The notes: generated by a model not told the origin, from the letters alone. A DNA stretch of 63,993 nucleotides, filler included, from Pelomyxa schiedti (GCA_020536535.1; 17 parts of 17 records of this genome joined end to end with filler, not necessarily neighbours in it); one strand, 5' to 3'. Positions 34,401 to 45,970 are shown, counted from the first letter of the whole stretch. Program-made: numbers and translations.

Positions 34401-35011
34401 TAAGAAACCAGAATCTTCAGCAAGGCTCTGCAGGAGAGTGCAAGCACACACACACGCCTCAACTGACTTGGCTGTCTGTTTTTCCAGTGCTTTAAGAACT
34501 ATCAAATGTCCTCTGGAAGCGCAAATAGTCTTCTTATCTATTTGCATTTCACATGAATATCAAAAAGGAGCAGAGAAACATACTTGAAGGTGATCGGCAG
34601 AGGTCAGTCAGTGCTTTGCATGCTGCTATTACAAGAGCGGAAATATGAGGAAAGTGAGACAACTTGTTGATTATCCACTGCAAGTAATTTGGCCTTGTTG
34701 TTCCCTGGTTTCCAAAGTCAAAGCCATCATATCCGAAGTAGTTGGTTATTTTTAAACAAATACCGCAATTTTGTTGCCTTCAAGGATTGGTTGGAGTATC
34801 AAAGGACATGCAATCATTTCCAGGTCAATGACTATCAATCTTGTATCAAGAACACTTGATACTTTGAACTCAATCCCTGGCTCCAATAGGATTTCTGAAT
34901 AAACCTCAGAGATGGAAGATCACCCGGGAAAGGCATACCTTTTCCTCCAGGGTTACAGGAGAATCGCTGTATGTCATAACCCCAACAATTTCTCAGGATG
35001 AAAAGGGTTCC
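31481..35011 (-). CDS. ADP-ribosyltransferase (C-half) - ARM-like - about 15 RI-type LRR - ADP-ribosyltransferase (N-half); 5' partial
   Basis: GTLFILRNCWGYDIQRFS...KEILLEPGIEFKV (34790-35011); ARM-like helices (34215-34700); LRR exons such as NAIGEQGASALANCLKQSTSLIELDLS and NQISSTGAMAIVEALQVNSSLKELDLS (32100-34150); TIALYTYDFG...LLNLSL...LLLTSLRKLPR...LLYRA (31481-31960). Confidence 0.8.
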
Positions 35012-35111
35012 NNNNNNNNNNNNNNNNNNNNNNNNNNNNNNNNNNNNNNNNNNNNTTAATTAATTAANNNNNNNNNNNNNNNNNNNNNNNNNNNNNNNNN
35101 NNNNNNNNNNN

Positions 35112-35527
35112 CACCTTTAGAAAAGGTTTTAGACTTAAGTTAGCTTTGCCGGTAGCTCGGTCGAATTTTCTAGCAGTTCCGCACAGTAGTTTTCACCTTG
35201 TTTTCACAAGCAGGGCAAAAAGCTAGAAACCTGAGCAGATCTGGTCCAGATGTGTTGTCCGATCCGCTGCCTGTCGGTTTGCTGTTGTTGTTCACAACTC
35301 TGGTGCAAACAAACGCCAGTTGTGTGTGTGGGGCCGTGGTTTACGGACCTGTAGGGGTGCTTGGGCCTGCGCGGCTTGCGGTGGATGCACCAGCACTTGT
35401 TGGCCACGCCGCGCACGCAGCACGCCACGACCAGCGAGACGTAGCACGCCGCGGTGTAGCTGTTGGTGACGTCGTCCAGCGGCACCCCGCCCACCCACTC
35501 GTCGCCATCCCCCGCCGCCGCGGCCAT
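35112..35527 (-). CDS. Possible 5' end of a membrane-protein gene
   Basis: ATG 35527 gives MAAAAGDGDEW...YTAACYVSLVVACCVRGVANK, followed by plausible GT-AG introns; runs off the contig. Confidence 0.3.
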
Positions 35528-35544
35528 TGTGGACCCCACCAATT

Positions 35545-36191
35545 TGGACCCCGTGGTGAATTCAACAGAATGATGAAAGACATGCTCCGGATCTTTGTGG
35601 ACAAGGAAAGTAAAGACGACTGGGACGAGATCTTGCCCTTCCTAGCCTTTGCATACAGGACCTCAGTCTCCAGGTCAACGGGCTTCTCTCCATTCTTCCT
35701 GGAACGGGGAAGAGATGCTAGAATGCCATCACATGAGTACGAGGTGGAGAAAATACTCGCTCGGCGCACCAGGAATGGAGAAACCCAGTACAAGATCAGG
35801 TGGAAGGGATTAAACCCTCAGACGATACTTGGGAAAAGGAGAAGAACTGCACGGGCTGCTCAGAGCTGATTGAGGAATGGAAAAGGGGCAGAGGCTCTCC
35901 GTCTCAAAGAGGAGGGAGAACGTGTGGGCACTGCCCACAGTTGGACTAACCCCTAAGTCTCCCTCCCACATTGAGAAGTTCACCAGACATCCACCGACTG
36001 CACCTCAGCCGATTTGCATATACATGCACCTGGAGAAGCGTGACTTGAACCTTCCACACTGAATTACACCTTCCATGTGCAGGCTTATAAGCGCGAGCAA
36101 CACACACAACATTCACTTCTTTACCGCGATCAAAAAATAATAAAATCGCATCTATTATCTTATCCTTTATCGCCGATACCCGATGTCAACA
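35545..36191 (+). mobile_element. Ty3/gypsy (chromovirus-type) remnant: integrase C-terminus, chromodomain, PPT and 3' LTR
   Basis: FNRMMKDMLRIFV...DWDEILPFLAFAYRTSV...TGFSPFFL...GR (integrase end); EYEVEKILARR...YKIRWKG /frameshift/ PSDDTWE...N...ELIEEW (chromodomain); purine tract AAAGAGGAGGGAGAA at 35906-35920; TGT...ACA LTR about 35923-36191 with TATAAG and AATAAA. Confidence 0.85.
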
Positions 36192-36339
36192 AAGAAGATT
36201 GATTCCGCAGTGGAAGGTAACAAACGTGTTTACAGCCTCACCTTGTTGTTGTTGCCGCAATGCTTGATGTGGTTGCCCCAGCATTGTTGTTGTTTCTTTC
36301 GTCATCAGAAGAGAATCCATTTGTCCTCTTCATCCCGTC

Positions 36340-39035
36340 ATGGCAGCTGCAACCAACGAACGAGTGGGTGCTGCGACCATGGTTGTCGACGACACCTCAG
36401 CGGTGCCTGGTGGCCCAACATACACTGGTCGGGTGGTCGATGGCAAACGCGACGGCAGGGGCACCATAAAATGGCCAAACGGCGACACGTACGACGGTGT
36501 GTGGCTCAACGGAGCCAGGACGGGCCGAGGGGTGTACAAGTGGCACAACGGCGACACCCACGAGGGAGAGTGGCTCAACAACATGAAGGATGGTTGGGGT
36601 GTGTACCACTGTGCTGATGGCTGGTGGTTCGAGGGGCTGTGGAGGGACAACCACTGGAAAAGGGGAACGTGGAACGACAGCAACGGTGTGGATGTGTGGG
36701 ATGGCGAGTGGGTGTGGAACGCAACAACAAATTTGCATGACATGCAGGGGTGGGGTGTGCAAAGGAGGATGACAACCAAGGGGGGGGCCACAGTGAAAAT
36801 AGTGGTTACAGTGTATGAGGGTGAGTGGGACAGGAACAAGTGGCACGGGGTGGGAACGTGGGTGTCACCTGATGGCTCGGGTGACATCTACCACGGTCAA
36901 TTCGATCACGGCAAGAAATGTGGAACAGGGAGTATCCTGTTTGGTGCTGGAGGAGGGAGTTATGTTGGGGAGTGGAAGGATGACGTGTTCCATGGTCGGG
37001 GTGTGAGGCTGTGGGCAAACGGTGACAGGTATGATGGCCAGTGGGCGCAGGGGAAGGAGCATGGTGAAGGAACCAAGACGTGGAGCAGGGATGGATCGTC
37101 GTTCACTGGGTTGTGGGAGGGTGGTGTTCCAACAAAGGGAATGAGGAGGTGGCCAAACGGTGACATGTTTGAAGGCACATTCACACAAAATGGGTGCCGT
37201 GGTGAGGGTGTTGCGACACTGTCATCGTCATCATCGCCATCATCATTCAAACTGAAGGGCACCCTCAACAACAACATGTTTCAAGGTGCAAGTCATCCAG
37301 GAGTGAAACATCAAATGGGATCATCACAGTTTGAACACTCTCAGCTGATTGAGGTCAGTGTGTGTGGTATCTTTTCAGCTTTAAATTCCATTCCACCTGC
37401 ACAAATGTGGGACGTGTGTGTGCTGTTATCCTCTTTTTTCATTTAGTTTGCTCAAACAACAAACAAAAAACACAGAAACTGAAAAACGAGGCCACCAAAG
37501 AGAAAAGTGAACTTGAGGCAAAACTGAAAGAAGAAATGAGAGCAGCCAAACAAGAGTGGGATGTGAGTGTGACTGTTGTGTCTCTCTTTCTGACACGTCT
37601 TTCTTTCTTTTCTTTTTTTCTCTTGTTTGAAGCAAATCACTGCAAGGAATAATGAGAAGCACAGTGAGCAAATCTACCAAGTGAAGAAAAACCTCCAACA
37701 ACTGCAAGACCAACTTCAAAAAAAGCAGGAAGATGATGAAAGGACGTTGATTCTTGTGAGAACAACAACGCACTCTGAGTTCAGGGAAGCCTTTGAATCA
37801 GCAAAGTTGCTCCAGTCTCAGTTGCTGATTTTGGCACCACAGTTCGTCCTGCTCGAGGAATCGCTGAGAAAAGTGAATGACAGTCTCCAGAGAGCAACAG
37901 AATCCAACGAGGAACTGGCATCACACCTGAAGAAACTCACTGAATGGAAAGGCACACGATGAAACTCAACGAATCAGATTCTGCATGCAAGAAACTCCTT
38001 GGGCAGACACTGACGGTGCAAAACAGCGAGTCTGAGATCCAGGAGTGTGCCAGGAACATCTCAACACTCACAAAAAAGGTTTTGTGGGGGATCAAGTCCT
38101 CTGCAACATCATCAACATCAGAAGTGGAGACTTTTCCAAAAGAAGAAGGTAAAACAACACCCTTTCAAACATTGGTGTTGATTTGACAAACAAAACACAA
38201 CACAACAAACAACGCAGGGGGTGATGATGAAGACACTATGGATGACATTCTGCTGAAACCTCTTCTGACTGTGAATGATCCACAGCCTCATACATTCACA
38301 CCACCATTCCAGTTGCTGTGCACTCTCTCAGACACACTCGCACAGCTCCAGAGGTGCCAGTTTGACGAGTGCACAAAGCTCGCCGACAAACACACGGTGC
38401 TGTCAAAGGAGCTGTCTGAGCAGGTTTCAATTGGAGGCACACTCCAAAAGGCGATCGAGGACACACAGAGAGAATGTTCGGAGCTTCAGAGGGAGCACAA
38501 GGGAAAGTGGAGGCTCCAGCGAGGGTTGGAGGGTGATGAGAGGTTCATTGGGATGCCTTGTGTGTGGTCTCAGCTCTCTGAGTTGCTCCCTCAGGCTCAG
38601 CAAGCCATGGTGGAGTTGAGCCTTTCCAAGGCAACTTTATCATCAATATCACCTGCCTCTTGTGGTGGTAGCCAGCAACAACAACAACAACCAAGGTTGT
38701 CATCAATGAGAACAGCATCAACAGCAGCGGGAGGAACAACACTTCCAGGATGCACTGCCACATCAACAACATCATCAGTGTCACCAGCCGCCTCAGTTCC
38801 AAACCACAGCAACGTGTGCATGGAGTGTGACGAGAGGCCACCCGACGTGCAGTTGCAGCCTTGTGGCCACGTTGTCCTGTGCTCCCAGGTATGACTTTGT
38901 TGTTTGTTTGTAGTTTTCCCTTGTCATAATGACAACAACAACCACACACAACAAACAACACACGCACAGTGTGCAGTAGTCATGAAGAAGTGCCCTGCTT
39001 GTCGCTCCCTCATCAAGGACAAACTTCATTTGTAG
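36340..39035 (+). CDS. MORN repeats - coiled coil - C3HC4 RING protein (5 exons)
   Basis: About 10 YxGxWxxGxxxGxG repeats, coiled-coil exons, then CMECDERPPDVQLQPCGHVVLCSQ|CAVVMKKCPACRSLIKDKLHL*. Confidence 0.85.
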
Positions 39036-39268
39036 TGGTGGCCAGTGAAAGACAACAAAGTTTGTTCCCACAGATCACAGTGGGTTTGAAGGAGGGGTGG
39101 TGACGGTGACGCAGACCACGTCGTGTGCACAACAAAAAAGAAACAGAAAACAGCAACAACAACAACAAGAAGAAAACTACTCGACAGCAGCGATGGGATG
39201 CCAAACGCCAAGAGGCCACGCACCACTTCGTCGTCGTCATCAGCACACGATACCACCACACTAACACC

Positions 39269-40235
39269 TTACACAAAGCTGCGCTGTGAAAGCAGGGGAA
39301 TAACAACTGCCACTGTGGCCCCCTCCTTATGCACGGGGCAAAACGATGCTGGCTTTTTCGTCATTGTTGGGACAGACATCACAAACAGAGAAAAAAGGAG
39401 AAGAAGGAACCACCCCACTTTGTTGTTGATGGCAGTGAAAATTGTGACTGGCTTTGACCAGGTCCCTGGGAGTGGCGCTGCTTCCGGGTACATGACCCCC
39501 ATTGTTACGTGACCCCCTGCCATCCCAGACTTGGCAGCCCTTTGAACCAGAGAAAATGCATTCGACTCCTCCCTTTCCTCCCTCCAGGTAGTATTGCGCC
39601 AGTTGTACAAACCTGTGCCTCTGGGTTCCCTCGTTTGGCAGCCAGTGACAAGGTACTTGACGGCTGTTTGGTGGCTTGGTTCCACACCACCATTTCCTTT
39701 CAGGTAAAGCATGCCGAGTTCGCTTTGCGCCGCAGCCATTCCTTGAGCAGCAGCGAGCTTGAACAACCGCAGCGATTCCACCTGGTGGTTCTCTTTCCCT
39801 TTCCCACCGCGGCAGTCAGTGTTGCCAAGTTCCAGTGCCATGGAGTACTGCGCGCCTGGCAATCCCTGGTCACTCAGGCGAGCTTGAGCCACCTCAGCCA
39901 CTCGTGCGTGCTTCTTGGCTGGGTCTCCTTCCTCGGCCACAGACCGCGCCATTTGAAACTGGCACCATGAGTCCCCCTTTTCGGCTCCGATTCGAAGCAG
40001 CCTGAGGCCCTCTTCCCGGTTCAAAGCCACCCCCATTGGCGAGCTGACGTTGCAGTACATCGCACCCAGTTGATGGAGGGCAAGGCAGAACCCCTGTGAT
40101 GCAAGACCGCTGCAAGTACTCCAAGTGGGTATGCTCACCACCACCACTCGGGGCCGCTTAAGATACAGCCAGTACTGCGCCATTTGGTTGCCACCGTCGG
40201 CCGCCGTCTTGATGTGCGCTCCATGCTCTTTGTTT
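39269..40235 (-). pseudogene. Sel1-like repeat gene, frameshifted
   Basis: Repeats IKTAADGGNQMAQYWL, RIGAEKGDSWCQFQMA, KLAAAQGMAAAQSELGMLY. The next repeat (SLAAKRGNPEAQ) falls in another frame near 39655, and stops lie just upstream of the first repeat. Confidence 0.65.
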
Positions 40236-40402
40236 CATCAGTGAACGGCCATGACCCGTACTGCTGGGAGAGTGCGAGGCCAAGTAAAACGTGTGCCAGC
40301 ATGAACAACTTCAAGCTGCTGTCGCGTTCTCTTTTTTCCTCTGAACCATGTCATTATTAGTCTGGAGAGGGGAGCCGGGGGCAAAAAGAAAAGGAAAGGA
40401 AA

Positions 40403-40633
40403 GGAAAGAGAACCACCAGGTGGAATCGCTGCGGTTGTTCAAGCTCGCTGCTGCTCAAGGAATGGCTGCGGCGCAAAGCGAACTCGGCATGCTTTACCTG
40501 AAAGGAAATGGCCCCACCCCTGCATCTCATGACCACTTGCCGTTGCATTCCAGGCCCACTCGTCATTTATCACATCCAGGCCGTTGCGGCAGTGGTGAAA
40601 GGTCCTTCCCCTTTTCCAGTTGCCCCTCCACAC
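40403..40633. repeat. Inverted 109-bp copy of the Sel1 gene fused to an inverted MORN-gene fragment
   Basis: 40403-40511 is the reverse complement of 39690-39798; 40512-40633 on the minus strand encodes WRGNWKRG...EWAWNAT...HEMQGWG. Confidence 0.85.
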
Positions 40634-40749
40634 GTGTCGTCAACAACCGTGGTGGCGGCAACAACACCGACGACTTTTCTTGCAGTTTTCCCACATTTAA
40701 TAAATCGAATATTTTAGAAGTACGCGTTGACAAGCCCTTTCATCAGACT

Positions 40750-43280
40750 AATGGCAACGAAACAGGTACAGCAGTGGGGTCCAGAGGGTGCGGGTGAAGG
40801 TGTTTGTTTACGACGACGCCTCGTCCGCTGGTCGACGGCGAGCGCGACGGCCGGGGCACCTGCAAATGGACCAACGGCAACACCTACGAGGGCGAGTGGA
40901 AGGACGGCTTGACGCACGGCCGCGGGGTCCACCGGTGGGCCGACGGCAACACCTACGACGGCGAGCTGCGCAAGGGCAAGGAGGACGGCTGGGGTGTGTA
41001 CCAGTGGCCCGACGGCAGCTGGTTCGAGGGGCTGTGGAGGGACAACCACTGGAAAAGGGGGACCTGGCACCACACCAACGGCCTGGAGCTGAAGGAGGGC
41101 GAGTGGGCGCGGAACGGAACCGAAAGCGCAACAACGACAACAACAACAACAGCAACATCATCAGCATCAACAGCAAAGCAGTACGAGATGCAGGGGTGGG
41201 GTGTGCAGAGGAGGGCCATCAGCAGCACAGTAACCGGCTACCGTGGGACAACGAGCATGGTGACGGTGTATGAGGGCGAGTGGGACAGGCATCAGTGGCA
41301 CGGCGCGGGAACGTGGAAGTCACCTGATGGCTCGGGTGACATCTACCACGGTCGGTTTGACCACGGCAAGAAATGTGGAACAGGGAGGATGCTGCTTGGC
41401 GATGGAGGCAGCAACAGCAGCCAAGGTGGTGGGAGTTACGTTGGTGAGTGGAAGGACGACTTGTTCCATGGTCGGGGTGTGAGGCTGTGGGCAAACGGTG
41501 ACAGGTACGACGGCCAGTGGGTGCAGGGGAAGGAGCACGGCGAAGGAACCAAGACGTGGAGCAGGGATGGATCGTCGTTCACTGGGTTGTGGGTGAGGGG
41601 TGACCCCAATTGAGGGGACGAGGAGGTGGCCAAACGGTGACAAGTTTGAAGGCACGTTCACACAAGATGGTGGTGGGAGTGGATGGGAGTGCCGTGGTGA
41701 GGGTGTTGCAACACTGTCACCATCATCATCACACATTCTTCAGGGCACCCTCAACAACAACCTCTTTCAAAGTGGGAATTCAGAAGTGCAACATCCGATG
41801 GGATCTTCATCGTTTGAACTAATTGAGGTGTGAAGCTCGTAGTGGCTTTGTGCTTTCTTACTTGGCTGGGTGTTGTTTGGTGTAGGTGTAGTGCCTCCTG
41901 TGTTGTTGCTCACAAACAACAAAACAAACAAACAAACAGAAACTGAACAAAGAACACACCAAAGAAAAAAGTGATCTGAAAGCTAAACTGGAAGAAGAAA
42001 TGAGAGCTGCTGAAAAGGAGTGGCAGGTGCGCGAGACTGTGTCGGTCTGACTTTGCCACTGATTTTCTTCTTTACACACAGAAACTCACTGAAAGGACCA
42101 ACCGACAGCACACTGATCAGCTCAACCAAGTGAGGAGAAATCTCCAACAGCTGCAAGACAAACTTCAAAGGAAACAACAAGAAGAGGAAGCAACGTCGGC
42201 AATTATGGGGAAGGCAAAGGCACACCCTGAACTGAAGGAAGCTTTCACATTGACCACACTCTTCCAATCCAGTTGCAGAAATCATCACCCGAGTTTGTCT
42301 TGCTTGATCAATCACTGGCAAAACTGAAGCAGAGACTCCAAGGAGCCACCCAAAGCAACGCGGCACTGGCATCATGGCTCAAGGAACTCAGCGATCTCAA
42401 GGCCACATTGGCAAAGAAACTCAACGATTCAGATTCTGCATGCAAGAAGGTCCTTGGGCAGACACTCACAGTGCAAAACAGCGAGTCTGAGATCCAGGAG
42501 TGTGCCAGGAACATCTCAACACTCACAAAAAAGGTGTGGGGAAGCAAGTCCTCTGCCACGTCAACATCGTCATCAACATCAGGAATGGGGAACAGCCTCA
42601 TGGTTAGTGAAGGTTTAAAAAATAAACCACCTTCTCGTCATTGACAAACAAAACAAAAACAAATAAAACAAACAACACAGAGAGTGATGAAACAGTGGAT
42701 GGCATTCTGATGAAACCTCTGCCAGTGACTGAACCACAGCTTCATCAAAGTGATCCATCTTTCACACCACCATTCCAGTTGCTGTGCGCTCTCTCAGACA
42801 CACTCGCACAGCTCCGAAGGTTCCAGTTTGATGAGTGCACAAAGCTCGCTGACAAACACACAGTGCTGTCAAAGGAGCTGTCTGAGCAGGTTTCAATTGG
42901 AGGCACACTCCACAAGGCCATCGAGGAGACACAGAGAGAATGTTCGGAGCTTCAGAGGGAACACAAAGGAAAGTGGAAGCTTCAGTGAGGGTTGGAGGGT
43001 GATGAGAGGTTCATTGGGATGCCTTGTGTGTGGTCTCAGCTCTCTGAGTTGCTCCCTCAGGCTCAACAAGCCATGGTGGAGTTGAGCCTTTCCAAGGCAA
43101 CGTCCAGCCAGCAGCAACAACCAAGGTTGTCATCAATGACAACTCTTCCAGGATGCACTGCACATCATCACTAAATCACAAGAACAACGAGAGCAACGTT
43201 TGCATGGAATGTGACGAGAGGCCACCATATGTGCAGTTGCAGCCTTGTGGCCACGTTGTCCTGTGCTCCCAGGTCTGTAT
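40750..43280 (+). pseudogene. Paralog of the MORN-coiled-coil-RING gene with disabling lesions
   Basis: Collinear with 36340-39035. Frame-breaking deletion near 40825, 1-nt insertion near 41601 (WVRGDPN* instead of WVRGTPIEGTRRWP), and CGA>TGA at 42986. Confidence 0.8.
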
Positions 43281-43758
43281 TTTTCCCTTGTACTGCATGC
43301 CGAGAAAAAGCTTCAGGTCTTACGACCAACCATTTTTCCCATCAACCATGGCCGCAAACAAACTAGCCGTCAGTGCGGTGACAATGGTTGTTGACAACAT
43401 TTTGGTAGTGCCTGGCGCAACGTACACTAGACTTTCCCTAATTTATAATTAATCAGTTTCGCAGCACTTGTTGGCGATTTTTTGGTACAACTCGATTTTT
43501 GCCACCCACAACTTGGTGTTTTCCGAGTTGCGCCAAATGACAACTAACTGACAACAACAGACAACAGCACGGCAATGGCCAACGCCAACAGAACAAACAA
43601 CAACAAAAACAACAACAACAACAACAGTATGACCACCGTCAATGGCAACACCAACAACGCTGAAACGAACCAGCTGGCAATCGGGGGAAAAAAAGAGAAA
43701 AATTACAAAAAATGGTTTTTTTTTTATTTACAGTGGGGGAAAACGAGAAAAGCCAACG

Positions 43759-43952
43759 AGACGACGGAGCAGACGACGGAGCGGAGCAGACGACGGAGCG
43801 GAGCAGACGACGGAGCGGAGCAGACGACGGAGCGGAGCAGACGACGGAGCGGAGCAGACGACGGAGCGGACGACGGAGCGGACGACCGAGCAGATGACGG
43901 AGCAGATGACGGAGCAGACGACCGAGCGGAGCAGACGACGGAGCAGACGACG
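43759..43952. repeat. Minisatellite of mixed 17-bp (CAGACGACGGAGCGGAG) and 12-bp (GACGACGGAGCA) units
   Basis: Read directly from the sequence. Confidence 0.92.
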
Positions 43953-44242
43953 AATCAATCAGTGTGGCCTTGAAAAAACCCTGCACACTTGCCAATAAAA
44001 TGGCACCACCGCATAAACACACAACACAACAACCAGAGAGACAAACAAAAAAAAAAAAAAACCTTGGTTTGCGTANNNNNNNNNNNNNNNNNNNNNNNNN
44101 NNNNNNNNNNNNNNNNNNNTTAATTAATTAANNNNNNNNNNNNNNNNNNNNNNNNNNNNNNNNNNNNNNNNNNNNATCATCCCCTAGGAAAAGAAAAAAG
44201 TTGATGCCACCACTTGTTCCAGACATTTCATCCAAAAATTGA

Positions 44243-45970
44243 TCATTCAGAGTGACGAGGTGTTGACACCACATGGTGCAGCCAGTCCACAATTTCAGGA
44301 AGTGAATACTCGCTATTGTTGCACAGTCTTTCAACATCGTCGTGTGTGAGACAGAGCTTGGACATTGTGAACTGTGCATGAAGAGGCGTTTTGAGTGCTA
44401 CTTTGACACAGTGGCCCTGCCTGATGAGATCCCCTGTGATGCCTGGTATCATTTCCAACACCACTTTCCATGTTGCAAGGTAAACATAGCCTCCGCATGA
44501 AGGGTTGTCCAAGTGAGAAAGAACCTGTTTTGTGTGAAGAAGTTGGGAAATAGTTGGATGGCATACATAATGTAGTGGGATTCTGTCCCTGTTCAACAGC
44601 CACTGGACAGCTTCCCTTTTGTTGTTGAAAATCAATCTCTTCAAAAGGATTCCAGCTTCATATTCTGTGACGTAGCCTCCTCCTCTATTTATCTCATTCA
44701 CCAACCACTTTACAGCTTTGACCCTGGTGACAGATCCATCACTGAGCACTGCATGCATGCATTGTTGCAGTTCCGGTGGTGATAATTGACCAAGGAAGGC
44801 AACATATTTGAAATGGAAAGATGTGCCGTAAGACAGAATCCCAACCAGGAGTTTGCAAAAAAGATCATGATTGAGAGCAGCAGACAGGTTGAACTTCTTC
44901 CAAAGGGAAATGGCAACACTCGATTTGTGAGAACTGGATAAAGTTGCCACAATGTAACCCACGGCCTTGGCAACCTCCTCTTGGCTGCAGTCAAAGTCAC
45001 AGGAGCCTGAGTGAGTGAGAACCCACTCAAGCCAGGTGTCGCGTGGATCATTGTGAAACTCCACCAGCTTTGACAAGGAAATCTTTGGCATTCTCCCAGT
45101 TGAAGTCATCAGTAGTTGCTCCAACCACAAGGCAATTGAGTTGCGGGACTGATTGGCCAAAGCCCTGTGAAGACACTCAAGCAATTGGTCACTGGTCAGG
45201 GAATCACCCACCTTCTTGAACAACCACTCAACAAAGGCCACGTTGTCGTGCCTTCCTGAACAGGCAGCAATGAAATCCTTTGGAGCTGGTGTGACACCCT
45301 TTTCCTCAATGAACCACTTTCCAAGCTCAACATCGCCACACTCCTGGCACGAGAAATTCCATTTTGTGTTCAGCAGTGTCTCTTCAGAAGTAACATCAGA
45401 GAGGGCCCACTGGATCACCCTGGTGTGTTTTGGCATCCTCTTTGATGAGAGGAATTCCTGCCGACCAAGAGATGGGAAGCCATTTTTGACCTGCTGGCAC
45501 AATTGGAGGACCTCATCTTCTGGAGCCCTGGAGTATGCAACTGATGGTACTAATCGATGGTGGAGGTTTGGAAACTTGTCTATCAGGCCTTTCAGGCCAG
45601 ACACAGTGCACTTTTTGCCATCGAGCTGAATCATTTGGCTATAGGAAGGTTCTGCTGTCCAAATAAATGTGGACAGCAGCCAACTAAGAACGTGGCAGTG
45701 CCCATTCAATGACGCCTGATGTAAACACCCTTGCATATGCCCCTTTGGCCCGCCATTGAACAGTGGAAAGTGGGATACAAGCCACTTCAGCACGTCCAAG
45801 TGGCCATATTTGCACACGATCTGAATGGTCTGTAAAAGGCCCCTCTCACTCCAGAATTCGTCACCCAGTGCTGTTCCTTGATCCAAAGGGCTTTTAGAAG
45901 TGCCACCTGGTACTGACGCTTCAACCTGTCCCCAACCAGTTATGCTTGCTTGTACAAACAAATAAAACAA
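44243..45970 (-). CDS. Degenerate ankyrin-like repeat protein; 5' partial
   Basis: 575-aa open frame with IVCKYGHLDVLKWLVSHF, CLHQASLNGHCHVLSWLLSTF and FIAACSGRHDNVAFVEWL. Confidence 0.7.
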   Translation of the reverse strand: MFYLFVQASITGWGQVEASVPGGTSKSPLDQGTALGDEFWSERGLLQTIQIVCKYGHLDVLKWLVSHFPLFNGGPKGHMQGCLHQASLNGHCHVLSWLLSTFIWTAEPSYSQMIQLDGKKCTVSGLKGLIDKFPNLHHRLVPSVAYSRAPEDEVLQLCQQVKNGFPSLGRQEFLSSKRMPKHTRVIQWALSDVTSEETLLNTKWNFSCQECGDVELGKWFIEEKGVTPAPKDFIAACSGRHDNVAFVEWLFKKVGDSLTSDQLLECLHRALANQSRNSIALWLEQLLMTSTGRMPKISLSKLVEFHNDPRDTWLEWVLTHSGSCDFDCSQEEVAKAVGYIVATLSSSHKSSVAISLWKKFNLSAALNHDLFCKLLVGILSYGTSFHFKYVAFLGQLSPPELQQCMHAVLSDGSVTRVKAVKWLVNEINRGGGYVTEYEAGILLKRLIFNNKREAVQWLLNRDRIPLHYVCHPTISQLLHTKQVLSHLDNPSCGGYVYLATWKVVLEMIPGITGDLIRQGHCVKVALKTPLHAQFTMSKLCLTHDDVERLCNNSEYSLPEIVDWLHHVVSTPRHSE

